64,000 nucleotides of DNA from Desulfosudaceae bacterium (GTDB lineage: Bacteria > Desulfobacterota > Desulfobacteria > Desulfobacterales > Desulfosudaceae): NCBI GenBank assembly GCA_963674745.2, contig CAXXDV010000003.1, positions 544,001 to 608,000 on the forward strand, in the 5' to 3' direction. Each line of letters starts with the position of its first letter. The stretch's first letter is position 1. Under the pieces are notes generated by a model. It ran no database searches. It was not told the origin of the DNA and was given only the letters and a program-made list of their open reading frames with translations. A program made the position numbers and the translations under genes. Positions 1-10,625 of this stretch are shown here, in pieces.

Positions 1-932
1 AATGTCTTGATCTTGAGGTTCTGCTTGATAGCCTTGAAAAACAACTCTATTTTCCACCGATCTTTATATATTGCGGATATGGTGGAAGCGCTGAACTTAA
101 GATGGTTGGTCAGAAGAACCACCACCTTTTTGTTAACGGCATCCCAGACTTCGATTCTGCGGAGTATGTGAGGGCAATCGTCTTGAGCCTTATATCCGGC
201 AAAAAGAATAAGCTCATCAGAAAGAACATTCCGACCTTTTGGGATCGGTCGCACCTCTTCTGTTATATAATCCGCATTCTCCTTCATCCGGGTTACAAAA
301 TATACGCCTTTTTTAATCCAAAACGAGTATAGACTGTAATCATTATAGCCACGGTCCATCGTAACGATAGAACCCGGTGCCAACGGGAACTTACGAGCAA
401 CTGCAACATCATGCTTCTTCCCATTTGACAAGTATGCGTAAGATGGGAGGTAGCCGTCATGATCAAGAAGCATATGCAGTTTTACAGCCCCTTTCGTGCG
501 CCTGTATTTGGCCCAGGGAAACAGGGATAGGCACAATGAAATAGTGGTGCTGTCAAGGGACAGTAATTTATTTTTGAAACGAAACTTATGTTTGACCGGC
601 GTTGTGGACCGGCACCATTCGTATGTCTCGTAGAAAAGATCCTGATACATTTGCCAGGGTCTGTTCTTATTGGCATAGGATAAAGTTGATTTGCCTGGTG
701 CCTTATCCATACCGAGGTGCTTCAGCTTCCCCAGACAACAGGCCAGACCGCCGGATATCTCCCGCAAACTCTTGGCCTGAGCCAACTGGCAAAACAACAT
801 GGAAACAAACTGATCCCAGCAACTGAACCCCTTCGAATATCTCTCGGCCTGATGCGTCATAACCAGTTCTTCAAATTTATTTCGATCAAAAACGGCAAGC
901 AGTTGACTGAAAAGGCTTCCATGTCGTACCAT
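1..932 (-). CDS. IS4-family DDE transposase (DUF4372-type N-terminus), 3' partial
   Basis: Manual translation from ATG 932 (RBS AAGGAG): MVRHGSLFSQLL...SLDSTTISLCLSLFPWAKYRRTKGAVKLH...MDRGY...IYKDRWKIELFFKAIKQNLKIKT; has IS4 Y-x2-R-x3-E-x6-K signature. Missing from the ORF track because it runs off the edge. Confidence 0.93.
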   Translation of the reverse strand, partial: MVRHGSLFSQLLAVFDRNKFEELVMTHQAERYSKGFSCWDQFVSMLFCQLAQAKSLREISGGLACCLGKLKHLGMDKAPGKSTLSYANKNRPWQMYQDLFYETYEWCRSTTPVKHKFRFKNKLLSLDSTTISLCLSLFPWAKYRRTKGAVKLHMLLDHDGYLPSYAYLSNGKKHDVAVARKFPLAPGSIVTMDRGYNDYSLYSFWIKKGVYFVTRMKENADYITEEVRPIPKGRNVLSDELILFAGYKAQDDCPHILRRIEVWDAVNKKVVVLLTNHLKFSASTISAIYKDRWKIELFFKAIKQNLKIKT

Positions 933-1054
933 TTCTTATTCTCCTTGTGGTGTTGGTGGTTTTTTATTTTGCCGAATAAAAGTTTACCATTACCCACAAG
1001 GAGAATTCTTTCAAGATAGAACGTTATTTTAAAATCCGTTTTTGGACACTAGTG
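1..1054 (-). mobile_element. IS4-family insertion sequence (left part; continues beyond window start)
   Basis: Transposase gene on minus strand; candidate terminal repeat CACTAGTGTCCAAAA (minus strand, ending at 1054) resembles IS4 ends. Other end and target duplication lie outside the window. Confidence 0.85.
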
Positions 1055-1079
1055 ATAGACCCATTAGTAATAAATAGAT

Positions 1080-2018
1080 ATGTTCGGATTACCCAAAGGC
1101 TATCTCACATATAAAGCCCGAAAACATGTCCTTGATTTGCCTGGCTACGGTAAGACCGTATTGCTGTCCGGAACCGGAAGAGGCGGAACAACTTGGTTGT
1201 CCAATGTCATCAACTATGACAATTCATATCGATATATATTCGAACCCTTTCACCCCGGTTACGTTTCAGAGGTAAGTAATTTTAAATCCAAACAGTACTT
1301 ACGGCCGGATAGTCATGGCCATGAATATTTGAAGCCTGCCAGGAAAATCCTTTCCGGAAAAATCAACAATCGCTGGATAAATAAATTCAATCGGAAAATA
1401 GTAGTACAAAGACGATTGATAAAAGATATCAGGATAAACCTTTTGCTTGGCTGGATAAAAGTCAATTTCCCTGAAATCCCAATCGTTCTGCTTCTGCGGC
1501 ACCCTTTAGCAGTTGTGAGCTCGCAGGTGTCTAACGGATGGAAGGCTGACCTTAGGGGGTTTCTGAACCAACCGGACCTGATGCAGGACCATCTTGAGCC
1601 CTATAAAGACTTGATGGCATCAACGAAAGATAATTTTGAAGGTTTGATTTTGGAATGGTGCGTGGAAACCCGGGTTCCGATTGTTCAGCTTAAGAGCAGC
1701 GGGATAAAAATTGTTTTTTATGAAAATCTGTATTTAAATCCCGAAACAGAAGTCCCGAAGCTGTTTTCATTTATCGGGCGACCATTTGATCCATCCTTTA
1801 TGGATACTATAGGTCAACCATCAAAAACCTCCCGAATCAACAGCCCTGTTCGCAAAGGGAGTAGCCCTGTAGACAATTGGCAGCGTTCGGTAATTGATTC
1901 CCAAAAGGAGTTTTGCTTAAAGGCCCTCAAGTGCTTCCGCCTCGACTATATCTATGGCATTGAGCCGCTTCCAAAACTCAACCTCTCAAATCGTCAGGTT
2001 ACGGAGAGTGTACGTTGA
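1080..2018 (+). CDS. Sulfotransferase family protein
   Basis: 5'-PSB loop GTGRGGTTWL, 3'-PB motif LLRHPLAVVSS, FYENL, C-terminal RKG..W. Confidence 0.85.
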   Translation: MFGLPKGYLTYKARKHVLDLPGYGKTVLLSGTGRGGTTWLSNVINYDNSYRYIFEPFHPGYVSEVSNFKSKQYLRPDSHGHEYLKPARKILSGKINNRWINKFNRKIVVQRRLIKDIRINLLLGWIKVNFPEIPIVLLLRHPLAVVSSQVSNGWKADLRGFLNQPDLMQDHLEPYKDLMASTKDNFEGLILEWCVETRVPIVQLKSSGIKIVFYENLYLNPETEVPKLFSFIGRPFDPSFMDTIGQPSKTSRINSPVRKGSSPVDNWQRSVIDSQKEFCLKALKCFRLDYIYGIEPLPKLNLSNRQVTESVR

Positions 2019-3232
2019 TGGATGAAAAGCGGAATCTGATTATTATCTCCTTACCGGACCGGGCAGGAGGGCTAACGAACGTGATTCGGAATATAACAAG
2101 TTCCCGTAAATCTCCCGGTCTCGGGTACCATCTTTTTTTCATTGACCAATCCGGTTACAAAGGGCTGCGCATTTATGAAAAAATGAATGCTGACTCTATC
2201 TCGCGGTTTAAATATAATCAGGATGCCAACCTGTTTAATGTGTGCCGAAAATTCGGACGCCGGATCAAATCTTTTGGTAATCGGTCCGTGCTGGTAACAA
2301 ACAGTGAGTTCGATTTATACATGGCTGCGGTTTGTCGCCTGAAAAATCCAATTATTCATATATCTCATGGCGATAATGAGCTCGTTTATAACCTGGCAAG
2401 ATGGTATGCCCCGATTATCGATCATCATGTAGCCGTCAGTCATTTTATTGCAGATCAGTTAACTGCGCTTTCCGGTATCAATCCTGAACAGATAAGCTAT
2501 ATCCCTCATCCGGTCCCGTTTTCAGGTTGTGTTCGATGCCCTGCTGAAAAGAATCTGCGAATCGTCTTCGTGGGACGACTGGTCAAAGGGAAGGGGATTT
2601 TTTTAATGCCTGAAATTGAAAGGGAATTACGTAAACGTCAGGTCTTTGTTGATTGGATTTTTATCGGTGACGGTATAGACAGTGAGGAATTTCAGCGGCA
2701 ATGGCCGGAAAACGCCAGTGTTAATTGGGTCGGTGAGGTGACGAACAGAGATGTTTTTAATGAAATGGCGAAAGGCGATATTTTTTTACTACCTTCATAC
2801 ACGGAAGGGTTTCCACTGGTTTTAGCGGAAGCCATGAGTGTCGGCCTGGTACCTATTGTCTCAAATCTGAGAAGTGGGATCCCCGAAATTGTTGAAGAAG
2901 GGGGCACAGGATTTCGTTGCCCTTTAAATAGTATCAGTAAAATTGTAGAAGATATCTGTGGCCTGCACGCCGATCGGGAAAAACTGGAAAGAATGAGCAT
3001 TGAAGCCCGAAAACGCGTAGTTAATTTTTTCGACCCATTCAGGAGGGCAGGAGAATATGAGGCCCTCTTTAGAATGCTTGCAGCAATGCCCGAACGTCAA
3101 AAGGCATTCCCTCATCCATTCAGGCAAAGAATAATGGACAGGTCGTTTATCCCTTCTTTCATAAATATCCCTCTGCGACAAAGTATCCGGCAGTATCGGC
3201 TTGTAAAAAAGAATTTATTGAAATCTGTATAA
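2018..3232 (+). CDS. Glycosyltransferase family 4
   Basis: FVGRL..KG and EGFPLVLAEAMSVG (E-x7-E) motifs; overlaps upstream stop (TGATG). Confidence 0.9.
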   Translation: MDEKRNLIIISLPDRAGGLTNVIRNITSSRKSPGLGYHLFFIDQSGYKGLRIYEKMNADSISRFKYNQDANLFNVCRKFGRRIKSFGNRSVLVTNSEFDLYMAAVCRLKNPIIHISHGDNELVYNLARWYAPIIDHHVAVSHFIADQLTALSGINPEQISYIPHPVPFSGCVRCPAEKNLRIVFVGRLVKGKGIFLMPEIERELRKRQVFVDWIFIGDGIDSEEFQRQWPENASVNWVGEVTNRDVFNEMAKGDIFLLPSYTEGFPLVLAEAMSVGLVPIVSNLRSGIPEIVEEGGTGFRCPLNSISKIVEDICGLHADREKLERMSIEARKRVVNFFDPFRRAGEYEALFRMLAAMPERQKAFPHPFRQRIMDRSFIPSFINIPLRQSIRQYRLVKKNLLKSV

Positions 3233-3324
3233 TGGACCCCGTATCTTATTTTGTCTGACGCAGGGATACGGATGTCGGGCGAACGCCCCAGATGTGTACT
3301 TTTGGAAAAAATGTTTCTTATTAA

Positions 3325-4350
3325 ATGCCGAATATGAATGTCCTTTTTGTCGGTGAGTTACCCGATAAAGCCGCTCCGTCGCTGACCCTTGCAACTGTGT
3401 TAGGGTCGTTCGGGTTTTCGACGAAATTTTCGGAAGAAGCCGAACTTAAAGCCCCAGGCCTATGGGCGGAGCTGCTTTTCTGGGCCGATGTAATCATTGT
3501 AGTGGATTACACCGGCCCCGGCACCTTCCGGTTGCGACAACTGGCCCGTGCCGCGATACTGGGAAAACCGATCATACGATGGTGGGTGGGCAGTGATGTA
3601 CTGCATGTTTTAGAGGAGCCGCGATGGCAAACAGGTGCAAAAACCTTAAATTGTTTTACCTTTACCAACATTGTGGTCGCGCCACATCTTGTTGAAGAGC
3701 TTGCGAGTATCAATATCTCCTGCAGCTATATCCCCTCTGTTATTCTACCGGTTCCTACAGAAGCCGAAGTCTTGGATAACGTTCCTCCGAATGCGGTACT
3801 GATATATCTTCCAAGTAACCGGCTCGATTTTTACGGAGTAAACGTATGCGAGGAAATGATCAAAGAATATCCAGAGGTCAAATTTAAAATCGTTGGCGAC
3901 GATTCGCATTCCCTGGCAGGATATGCCAATGTTGATAGCCTCGGATGGGTATCCATGGACGATGTTTGGCAGACAATAGGGGCGCTGCTGCGCATTACAC
4001 AACATGACGGCATGCCGCGCATGGTTCTCGAAGCCCTGTCCAGAGGGAAATATGTTATTTATTCTTGGCCGCTTTCCGGCTGCTGGCAGGCAACGGCCAA
4101 GGCTGAAGTGAAAGAAAAGCTGGAGTCTTTTTTGCAGAAGACCGGCCCCAATCGTCAGGGTATTGAAGCTGTACGTCAATTAATGGCGGAAAAACCGGAA
4201 CAAGCCTTTGTCGGCATGATATTGAATGCTTTAAACCGTCGCAACATGTGGTTACGTATCCGCGCCGTGCTGATTTACTTAAAATTATCTGGAACAGTAT
4301 TTATATGGGCATTAAAAAGCAAATATACCGCTAAAAGATTTTCCTCGTGA
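3325..4350 (+). CDS. Putative GT-B fold glycosyltransferase
   Basis: WVGSDV and HDGMPRMVLEALSRG (D-x7-E) motifs; polysaccharide locus context. Confidence 0.7.
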   Translation: MPNMNVLFVGELPDKAAPSLTLATVLGSFGFSTKFSEEAELKAPGLWAELLFWADVIIVVDYTGPGTFRLRQLARAAILGKPIIRWWVGSDVLHVLEEPRWQTGAKTLNCFTFTNIVVAPHLVEELASINISCSYIPSVILPVPTEAEVLDNVPPNAVLIYLPSNRLDFYGVNVCEEMIKEYPEVKFKIVGDDSHSLAGYANVDSLGWVSMDDVWQTIGALLRITQHDGMPRMVLEALSRGKYVIYSWPLSGCWQATAKAEVKEKLESFLQKTGPNRQGIEAVRQLMAEKPEQAFVGMILNALNRRNMWLRIRAVLIYLKLSGTVFIWALKSKYTAKRFSS

Positions 4351-4369
4351 AACAGCTTTCGAATCCGCA

Positions 4370-4612
4370 ATGAAAACAGCTTATTTCTTAAGACCATATA
4401 GACCGGCATTAACACAAGGCGGTAATGCCCATATTAAACAATTTCTTGATCTCGTTCATTCGGCGGGACATGAAATATGGGTTTCAATGTCGGATGAACA
4501 CCCAGCCACTCAAACCTTGCCGACTAATCGTTTGTCAAGATTACGCGTTTTAGAATATATTGATATCATTTGGGTTTCTCTAAAAAATAGTGATTTTCAT
4601 ATATTCAAGTAG
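4370..4612 (+). pseudogene. Truncated 5' fragment of a GT4, paralogue of 10626-11693
   Basis: First 68 aa align ungapped with the N-terminus of the 10626 GT4 (42/68 identical by manual count), then diverge and stop at 80 aa. Confidence 0.85.
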
Positions 4613-4646
4613 TACTTCTTATGTTATGGCATTAGGATAATGTACC

Positions 4647-5354
4647 ATGAAAGTTCCGCGCAACCTGACACTGCTTGTTCATTTTGTTTTTGATCAGTTA
4701 ATTCCGCCTCTATTGCGTGACAGCAGGTGGTTCATGTGGTTGCCTTTCAAGATGCTCTTTGGTGACAAAACGGAGTGCTTCTTTTCCTTTAAGGAAAAAG
4801 CTCTCCTGATGAGCGAAGAGGAATTCCGCAACATTTATCTGAAAACGGCCTCTGTCCATATTCAACGGGAAACCGATCTGAACCAGGCATGTATCGAGGT
4901 CATTGAAGCCCGCATATTGGGCAATAGTGTGCTCGATATCTCATGCGGAAGAGGTTTCCTGAGCAAGCGACTGGCTCAAAGCTACCGAGTCACAGCTGCG
5001 GATATTGTCATCGATGAACAGCTAAGACTGGATAATCCCAAAATCAATTTTCAGGAAGCATCGGTCGAACATCTTCCTTTTCCGAATCAGGCATTCGATA
5101 CAGTGATATGCACCCATACACTGGAGCATGTGCAGAATCTAAGGCTTGCTATAAAGGAGTTACGGAGGGTGGCTGCAAAGCAATTGATCATCGTTGTCCC
5201 CAAGCAAAGGCCGTACAAGTATACCTTTGACCTGCATCTGCACTTTTTCCCTTACGAGCACAGCCTGCTGAAGCAGCTGGACATTTCAGATCAAAACTTC
5301 ACTTGCCAAAATATGGGTGGAGACTGGATGTATGTTGAAAACTTTGATAACTAA
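4647..5354 (+). CDS. Class I SAM-dependent methyltransferase
   Basis: Motif I VLDISCGRG; LPFPNQAFDTVICTHTLEHV; ELRRV. Confidence 0.9.
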   Translation: MKVPRNLTLLVHFVFDQLIPPLLRDSRWFMWLPFKMLFGDKTECFFSFKEKALLMSEEEFRNIYLKTASVHIQRETDLNQACIEVIEARILGNSVLDISCGRGFLSKRLAQSYRVTAADIVIDEQLRLDNPKINFQEASVEHLPFPNQAFDTVICTHTLEHVQNLRLAIKELRRVAAKQLIIVVPKQRPYKYTFDLHLHFFPYEHSLLKQLDISDQNFTCQNMGGDWMYVENFDN

Positions 5355-5398
5355 AGCACGCTACAGGGAAGTAGCCGGACCAGATCAAGTGAGGAGCC

Positions 5399-6367
5399 AT
5401 GACAGTAGCTGCATTTATTTCGATAGTCGTTCCCGTCCACAATGAGGCGTCCCAACTACGACATTTTTTTGAAGTGTGCGACACGATTCTGAATGAATTC
5501 GACATCGCCCGCGAATTTATTTTTGTCGATGACGGATCAAGTGACTCATCGTGGGAAATTCTTTCCTCACTTGCCGAACAGCATGAAGGCCTAGTCCTGG
5601 TCCGTCTAAGTCGAAATTTTGGAAAAGAGTCGGCAATTACTGCCGGATTGGATGCCGCCACCGGAGATGCTGTAGTAGTGATCGATGCGGATATGCAACA
5701 TCCGCCAGCATTGATTCCCGAGTTTGTGCGGCTTTGGCGACAGGATGGATATAAGGTTGTCGAGGCAATAAAAAACAGTCGGGGTAATGAAAACTGGCTG
5801 AAAAAAAACCTGTCATTGGCATTTTATGGGTTCATGAGCCGTGTAGCCGGGCTAAATATGAAAGGCGGTAGTGATTTCAGACTGATGGACAAAGAGGTGG
5901 TCACGGCAATCAGGTCGTTTCCTGAACGGGTAAGATTTTTCAGAGGCATATCTACATGGGTGGGCTTCAGGCGCACCACAGTAACATTTGATGTGGCACC
6001 GAGAATGGGTGGAGACAGTAACTGGAACATTATTTCACTGATCCGTCTGGCAGTTAACGCAATTACCTCGTTTTCGTCCATTCCGCTTTATCTCATTACG
6101 ATTGTTGGTGTTTTTATGATGCTATTCTCGCTGGTATTGGGTGTACAAACTTTCGCGGTTTATCTTACGGACAATGCGGTGGACGGCTTTACAACTGTTA
6201 TTTTGCTGCAGTTGATTATAGGCGCTTGCAGCATGTTTGGTCTGGGTGTGCTGGGGATTTACGTGGCCAGGTTGTACGAAGAGGTCAAGGCTCGCCCTCA
6301 ATACATTGTAGAAAAAAGACTATCCTCATCAAAGAGAGCTAATCCACACGATGACGGCATGGCATAA
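5399..6367 (+). CDS. GT2 bactoprenol glycosyltransferase (GtrB/ArnC-like)
   Basis: VDDGSSD, SRNFGKESAITAG, IDADMQHPP, SDFRLMD, two C-terminal TM helices, YEEVKARPQY. Confidence 0.92.
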   Translation: MTVAAFISIVVPVHNEASQLRHFFEVCDTILNEFDIAREFIFVDDGSSDSSWEILSSLAEQHEGLVLVRLSRNFGKESAITAGLDAATGDAVVVIDADMQHPPALIPEFVRLWRQDGYKVVEAIKNSRGNENWLKKNLSLAFYGFMSRVAGLNMKGGSDFRLMDKEVVTAIRSFPERVRFFRGISTWVGFRRTTVTFDVAPRMGGDSNWNIISLIRLAVNAITSFSSIPLYLITIVGVFMMLFSLVLGVQTFAVYLTDNAVDGFTTVILLQLIIGACSMFGLGVLGIYVARLYEEVKARPQYIVEKRLSSSKRANPHDDGMA

Positions 6368-6481
6368 AGCTGAAGTTGGCAGGAAAAGAGTCTGTCGCTG
6401 AAATGGAATAAATAAACGTAATGATTATGAAAAAAAATACTAGAATTAAATCGGATATATCTGGCACTTAACGGAATATAT

Positions 6482-8014
6482 ATGTCTAATATTGAAATGA
6501 AAATGACTCATTTTTTGCAACACAATGCGCATGCACTAAAGTTGTTGTCGATTGCCTTTGTTGTAAATGTAATTATCTATGGCCAAAAGTTGTTCTTTTA
6601 CGCACTTTCACCAGATGATTACGCAATGTTTTTTGGCCCCCCAGTTGAGTTGGCGGGTATATCAGGGCGTTGGATGGCATCAATCGCCAACAAATACATC
6701 TTTGCAGGTGCGTTGCAAGTTTTGCCATTCCTATATGGGTTAATTGGCGTTCTTTCTTTTACCTTTGCCGGATTTCTGACAGCTCGGATTTTTCAGCGAA
6801 AAAATGTGTATGAGATAATGGTGGTGACCTTACTTATTTCTGCCACGCCATTCGTAGCACACTCTTTGTATTTTACTGTTGGTATAATGGGATGGTTAAC
6901 GACCATGCTCGGAGTAGTTAGCATATTTATTGTGTACAAGCCAAACAAATTTGGTAAATTCCTTGGGCTTGTTTTGCTTACTTGCGCAATAGGCACATAT
7001 CAAACAATCTTTCAAGTCTGTATGTCCATAGTTATAATTAAAACTGCTTTGGATATTCTAAAAGCACAAAACAGTGAAGAACTAAAAAAAATAGTCCTGC
7101 ATTTCTTTGGTTTGATGGTATTCATTATTTCTGCGTTTGTTTGCTCAATTGTTATTAATACTATTTATATTGAATATCATCATCTTTCATTGAGTCATAG
7201 ATATGAGAAGGTGATATCCGGTCAAAGCCTGAATCTGTATATTGGAAAAGCATTAATGGTGCTGAAAAGCTTTACACCCAATTATAAATTCATGTACGCT
7301 TCAAGTTTATTGAATCAGTTTGTTAAAGCTATGTTTTATTTGGCGATTCTTTCCGGAATGGTTGGATTACTCAAAAGCAGGCAGGAAAGATCCTTGAAAT
7401 GTGCCTCCGTATTGATTTTGATATTATTGTTTTTATCTATTCCTCTTGTTATTGAATTGCCGTTTATTGCAGGATCTGACATCCCTTTAAGAGCACATTA
7501 TACGGTTGGTTGGTTTATAGCAGGCTTCTTTTGCATCGCTGCAACAACATTTAAAGGAAAAATTGGAATAATAGTAAAGGGATTTCCGGTGTTATTGATT
7601 CTAATTAATATATTATATATCAATGTTTACTTTTATGCCGCTAATCGCCAAACAAGTGCAGACATTATGCGTGCGAATCAAATCGTAAACCGTATTCGTA
7701 TGGATAGGAACTATTTAAAAGAACCGGTGAAGCTAAAAATTATTGGTGAAAAAAGATTTAGTGTGATCGGGTGGCATTCGGGGCGCGAGCCATTAAATAA
7801 ATCCTGGGCAAAATATTTAATATTTAAGCATTTCACAGATCTTGAATTCGAAGTTATGAGTAATGATGAATATAGTAAAATCGTAAATTATATTAGAAAT
7901 ATGGCTATAAAAATCCATCCCTATCCAGGAAAGAACTCAATTGTAGTTAATCAAAATAGCGTTGTTCTTTTTTTAAGTGATGATGAGCAGAATAAAGTAA
8001 TAAACAATAAATGA
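6482..8014 (+). CDS. Multi-pass membrane glucosyltransferase (GtrII/GT-C-like)
   Basis: DD..GRW N-terminal motif and YQ motif typical of Glucos_trans_II; about 10 hydrophobic segments plus soluble tail; AT-rich; follows GtrB-like gene. Confidence 0.7.
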   Translation: MSNIEMKMTHFLQHNAHALKLLSIAFVVNVIIYGQKLFFYALSPDDYAMFFGPPVELAGISGRWMASIANKYIFAGALQVLPFLYGLIGVLSFTFAGFLTARIFQRKNVYEIMVVTLLISATPFVAHSLYFTVGIMGWLTTMLGVVSIFIVYKPNKFGKFLGLVLLTCAIGTYQTIFQVCMSIVIIKTALDILKAQNSEELKKIVLHFFGLMVFIISAFVCSIVINTIYIEYHHLSLSHRYEKVISGQSLNLYIGKALMVLKSFTPNYKFMYASSLLNQFVKAMFYLAILSGMVGLLKSRQERSLKCASVLILILLFLSIPLVIELPFIAGSDIPLRAHYTVGWFIAGFFCIAATTFKGKIGIIVKGFPVLLILINILYINVYFYAANRQTSADIMRANQIVNRIRMDRNYLKEPVKLKIIGEKRFSVIGWHSGREPLNKSWAKYLIFKHFTDLEFEVMSNDEYSKIVNYIRNMAIKIHPYPGKNSIVVNQNSVVLFLSDDEQNKVINNK

Positions 8015-8026
8015 AAATCCCCTGGA

Positions 8027-9103
8027 ATGAAAATATTCATTATTGTCGGTACTCGACCAAACATTGTTAAGATAACCCGTTTTAAGCAGGCGGCTCTTGA
8101 ATTCAGAGATTTGAATATAGAAATCGTGCATACAGGTCAACACTATGATCGCATGATGATGGACGTTTTTTTTGTACAATTTGGGTTAAAACCTGACTTT
8201 CAGCTTACCCTGAGAGGCAACGATGTCGCGTCACAAATGGGTTATATGATGGCTGATCTGGCTGCGTTGCTGGCCACACACAAACCAGACCTCGTTATCG
8301 TGCCCGGGGATGTCAACTCCACTTTAGTCGCTGGTTTGACAGCGCATCGCTCCAATATCCCCGTCGCTCACCTGGAAGCGGGCCTTAGAAGCAATGACCG
8401 ACAGATGACGGAAGAGATCAACCGCATACTGGTGGATCAGATTGCGGATCTTCATTTTGTAACCGAACAAAGCGGTTTGGAGAATTTAAAACGTGAAGGG
8501 GTGTCGGACGAAAAGGTTCATTTTGTCGGTAATACCATGATTGATGCGCTGGTTGGTTTTCGGCGCCAGATTGAGGCGTCTCAGATTCTGGAAGAACTCA
8601 ACATAAAGCCGGGCGAATTCTTTCTCGCCACCATGCACCGTCCATCTAATGTGGATTACTCGGATGGATTATTGTTTCTCTATGATCTTCTGAAGCAGCT
8701 GTGCACATATAAACCGGTTGTGTTTCCTGTTCACCCGAGAACCCGCAAGCGTTTTGAGGATTTTGGATTGTTGGCTGAGCTTAATGCGATAAACGATCTG
8801 TTATTCATTGAACCTCAGGAATATTTCGCTTTCCAGAAACTAGTGGCTACTGCCGATGTTGTGATTACCGACAGCGGTGGCATCCAGGAGGAAACAACTT
8901 TTTACGGAATTCCGTGTGTAACGCTTCGGGATAACACCGAACGGCCGATAACCTGTACAAGTGGCACCAACAGACTGGTCCCACGTGATATGGATGAAAT
9001 ACAAAAAGCGATCTCTTTTCCCAAAACCGGGACAATACCGCCGCTTTGGGACGGTTACGCAACAGAGCGTGTTTTGAATGTAATTCGATCTTATTTTACC
9101 TGA
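8027..9103 (+). CDS. wecB: UDP-N-acetylglucosamine 2-epimerase (non-hydrolysing)
   Basis: GTRP, HTGQHYD, GDVNST, HLEAGLRS, EEINR, TDSGGIQEE, TERP motifs. Confidence 0.95.
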   Translation: MKIFIIVGTRPNIVKITRFKQAALEFRDLNIEIVHTGQHYDRMMMDVFFVQFGLKPDFQLTLRGNDVASQMGYMMADLAALLATHKPDLVIVPGDVNSTLVAGLTAHRSNIPVAHLEAGLRSNDRQMTEEINRILVDQIADLHFVTEQSGLENLKREGVSDEKVHFVGNTMIDALVGFRRQIEASQILEELNIKPGEFFLATMHRPSNVDYSDGLLFLYDLLKQLCTYKPVVFPVHPRTRKRFEDFGLLAELNAINDLLFIEPQEYFAFQKLVATADVVITDSGGIQEETTFYGIPCVTLRDNTERPITCTSGTNRLVPRDMDEIQKAISFPKTGTIPPLWDGYATERVLNVIRSYFT

Positions 9104-9109
9104 GTGCCA

Positions 9110-10477
9110 ATGCCTTCCTGTTTTAAAACCTACATTGCCCGGCGGCTAAAAGACTTTTCTCGTCATAAATATTTAAATAGGATAATTAAATACAGCTTAT
9201 ATATTGCGCTCTGGGGGCATGTAAAAAACGATATTCGAAACATTTCACGGTCGAGAAACAACTTTTTCATAAAGGGATTTGAACCCAGGCCCAGAGTGGC
9301 ATATCTACGTACGGAGTATTGGCTGGGGGGGCACAAGAGCGGCGGCGCTGCAGCGCATACCAAAGGCGTCGTCGAAGAATTCGCCCGGCGCGGGTTCGAG
9401 ATTATGATTTTATCAAGCTACCCGCTTGATTATATCAATAGTGCGTCGGTTCCAAATTATACGGTTGAGCCGGAATTGTTATCTTCTGCCTTCGGTGAAC
9501 TCAGAGAGTTGGAGTATAATAGACAATATATTACTAAGGCATATTCATATATAAAAAATTTCCAGCCTTCGTTCATTTATCACCGTTATGGTTTAAACAG
9601 TTATGCAGCCGCTTATTTGTCCAAAAGGTTAAATATCCCGATGATTTTGGAATATAATGGATCAGAAATCTGGATGTCAGAGAACTGGGGAAGCAGATTA
9701 CGCTTCAAGCGTATTGCAGAGGAAATCGAGAGTTTAAATTTTCATTCGGCAAGCCTTATTATCGGCAACGCTAAACCCTTAAAAGATGAACTGATCGGCC
9801 GGGGGGTGCAATCCCCGAAAATAGTCATTATCCCTAATGGTGTCAATCCAGATCGGTATTCACCATCCATCAATGGCGATAAAATCCGAAATCGTTTTAT
9901 GTTAAGCGCAGACACGATAGTCGTCGGATTTGTGGGCACTTTCGGTCCCTGGCACGGTGCTGAAGTCCTGGCCAGATCAATTAGAAAAGTTGTTAATGAA
10001 AATCCGGCGATTCATTTTCTGTATATCGGGACAGGAGCAACCATGCCTCTTGTAAAGCGTATAATCAAGGATGACAATATGAATCAATATGTCATCTTTA
10101 CCGGCGAGGTTCCGCAAGCGGAAACACCTGAGTTTCTGGCTGCTTGTGATATACTTGTCGCGCCTCAGATACCCAACCCGGACGGCACCCCTTTTTTTGG
10201 TTCTCCAACAAAATTATTTGAGTACATGGCCATGGGAAAGGCGATTGTGGCAAGTAATCTTGACCAGATTGGTGAAATACTGGTTGATGGAGAAACGGCG
10301 GTCCTTTTTACTCCAGGTGATCATAACACCTTAGCGGAAAAGATTTTAATGACAGGCGGGGATAAATCATTAAGAGAATATCTAGGGCATAACGCCAGAA
10401 AGGTGGTTGAAAAACAATATACGTGGGAGAAACATGTTGATAAATTATTGAACAGAAGCTTTATGGTGTCAAATTAA
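9110..10477 (+). CDS. Glycosyltransferase family 4
   Basis: IIPNGV, GFVGTFGPWHG, SPTKLFEYMAMGK motifs; start uncertain (GTG 9104 or ATG 9110). Confidence 0.9.
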   Translation: MPSCFKTYIARRLKDFSRHKYLNRIIKYSLYIALWGHVKNDIRNISRSRNNFFIKGFEPRPRVAYLRTEYWLGGHKSGGAAAHTKGVVEEFARRGFEIMILSSYPLDYINSASVPNYTVEPELLSSAFGELRELEYNRQYITKAYSYIKNFQPSFIYHRYGLNSYAAAYLSKRLNIPMILEYNGSEIWMSENWGSRLRFKRIAEEIESLNFHSASLIIGNAKPLKDELIGRGVQSPKIVIIPNGVNPDRYSPSINGDKIRNRFMLSADTIVVGFVGTFGPWHGAEVLARSIRKVVNENPAIHFLYIGTGATMPLVKRIIKDDNMNQYVIFTGEVPQAETPEFLAACDILVAPQIPNPDGTPFFGSPTKLFEYMAMGKAIVASNLDQIGEILVDGETAVLFTPGDHNTLAEKILMTGGDKSLREYLGHNARKVVEKQYTWEKHVDKLLNRSFMVSN

Positions 10478-10625
10478 AGCGAGTAAATGTTCTCAGGGGG
10501 TGAGGGATATTTATTCTGACGCTTGGCGACTTCTATACATGTTATGATGGATGGCTTTGTTTGTCGCGTTATTATTATCGCATATCGAGTGAACTTATGG
10601 TCAAAGATAATCCGGAAAAGAAGTT

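Noticed and set aside
102..1019. Short plus-strand ORFs at the window start
   Set aside because: Antisense to the IS4 transposase.
5864..5873. ops-like GGCGGTAG element
   Set aside because: Inside the GT2 coding sequence (KGGS codons), not in a leader, and no JUMPstart context.
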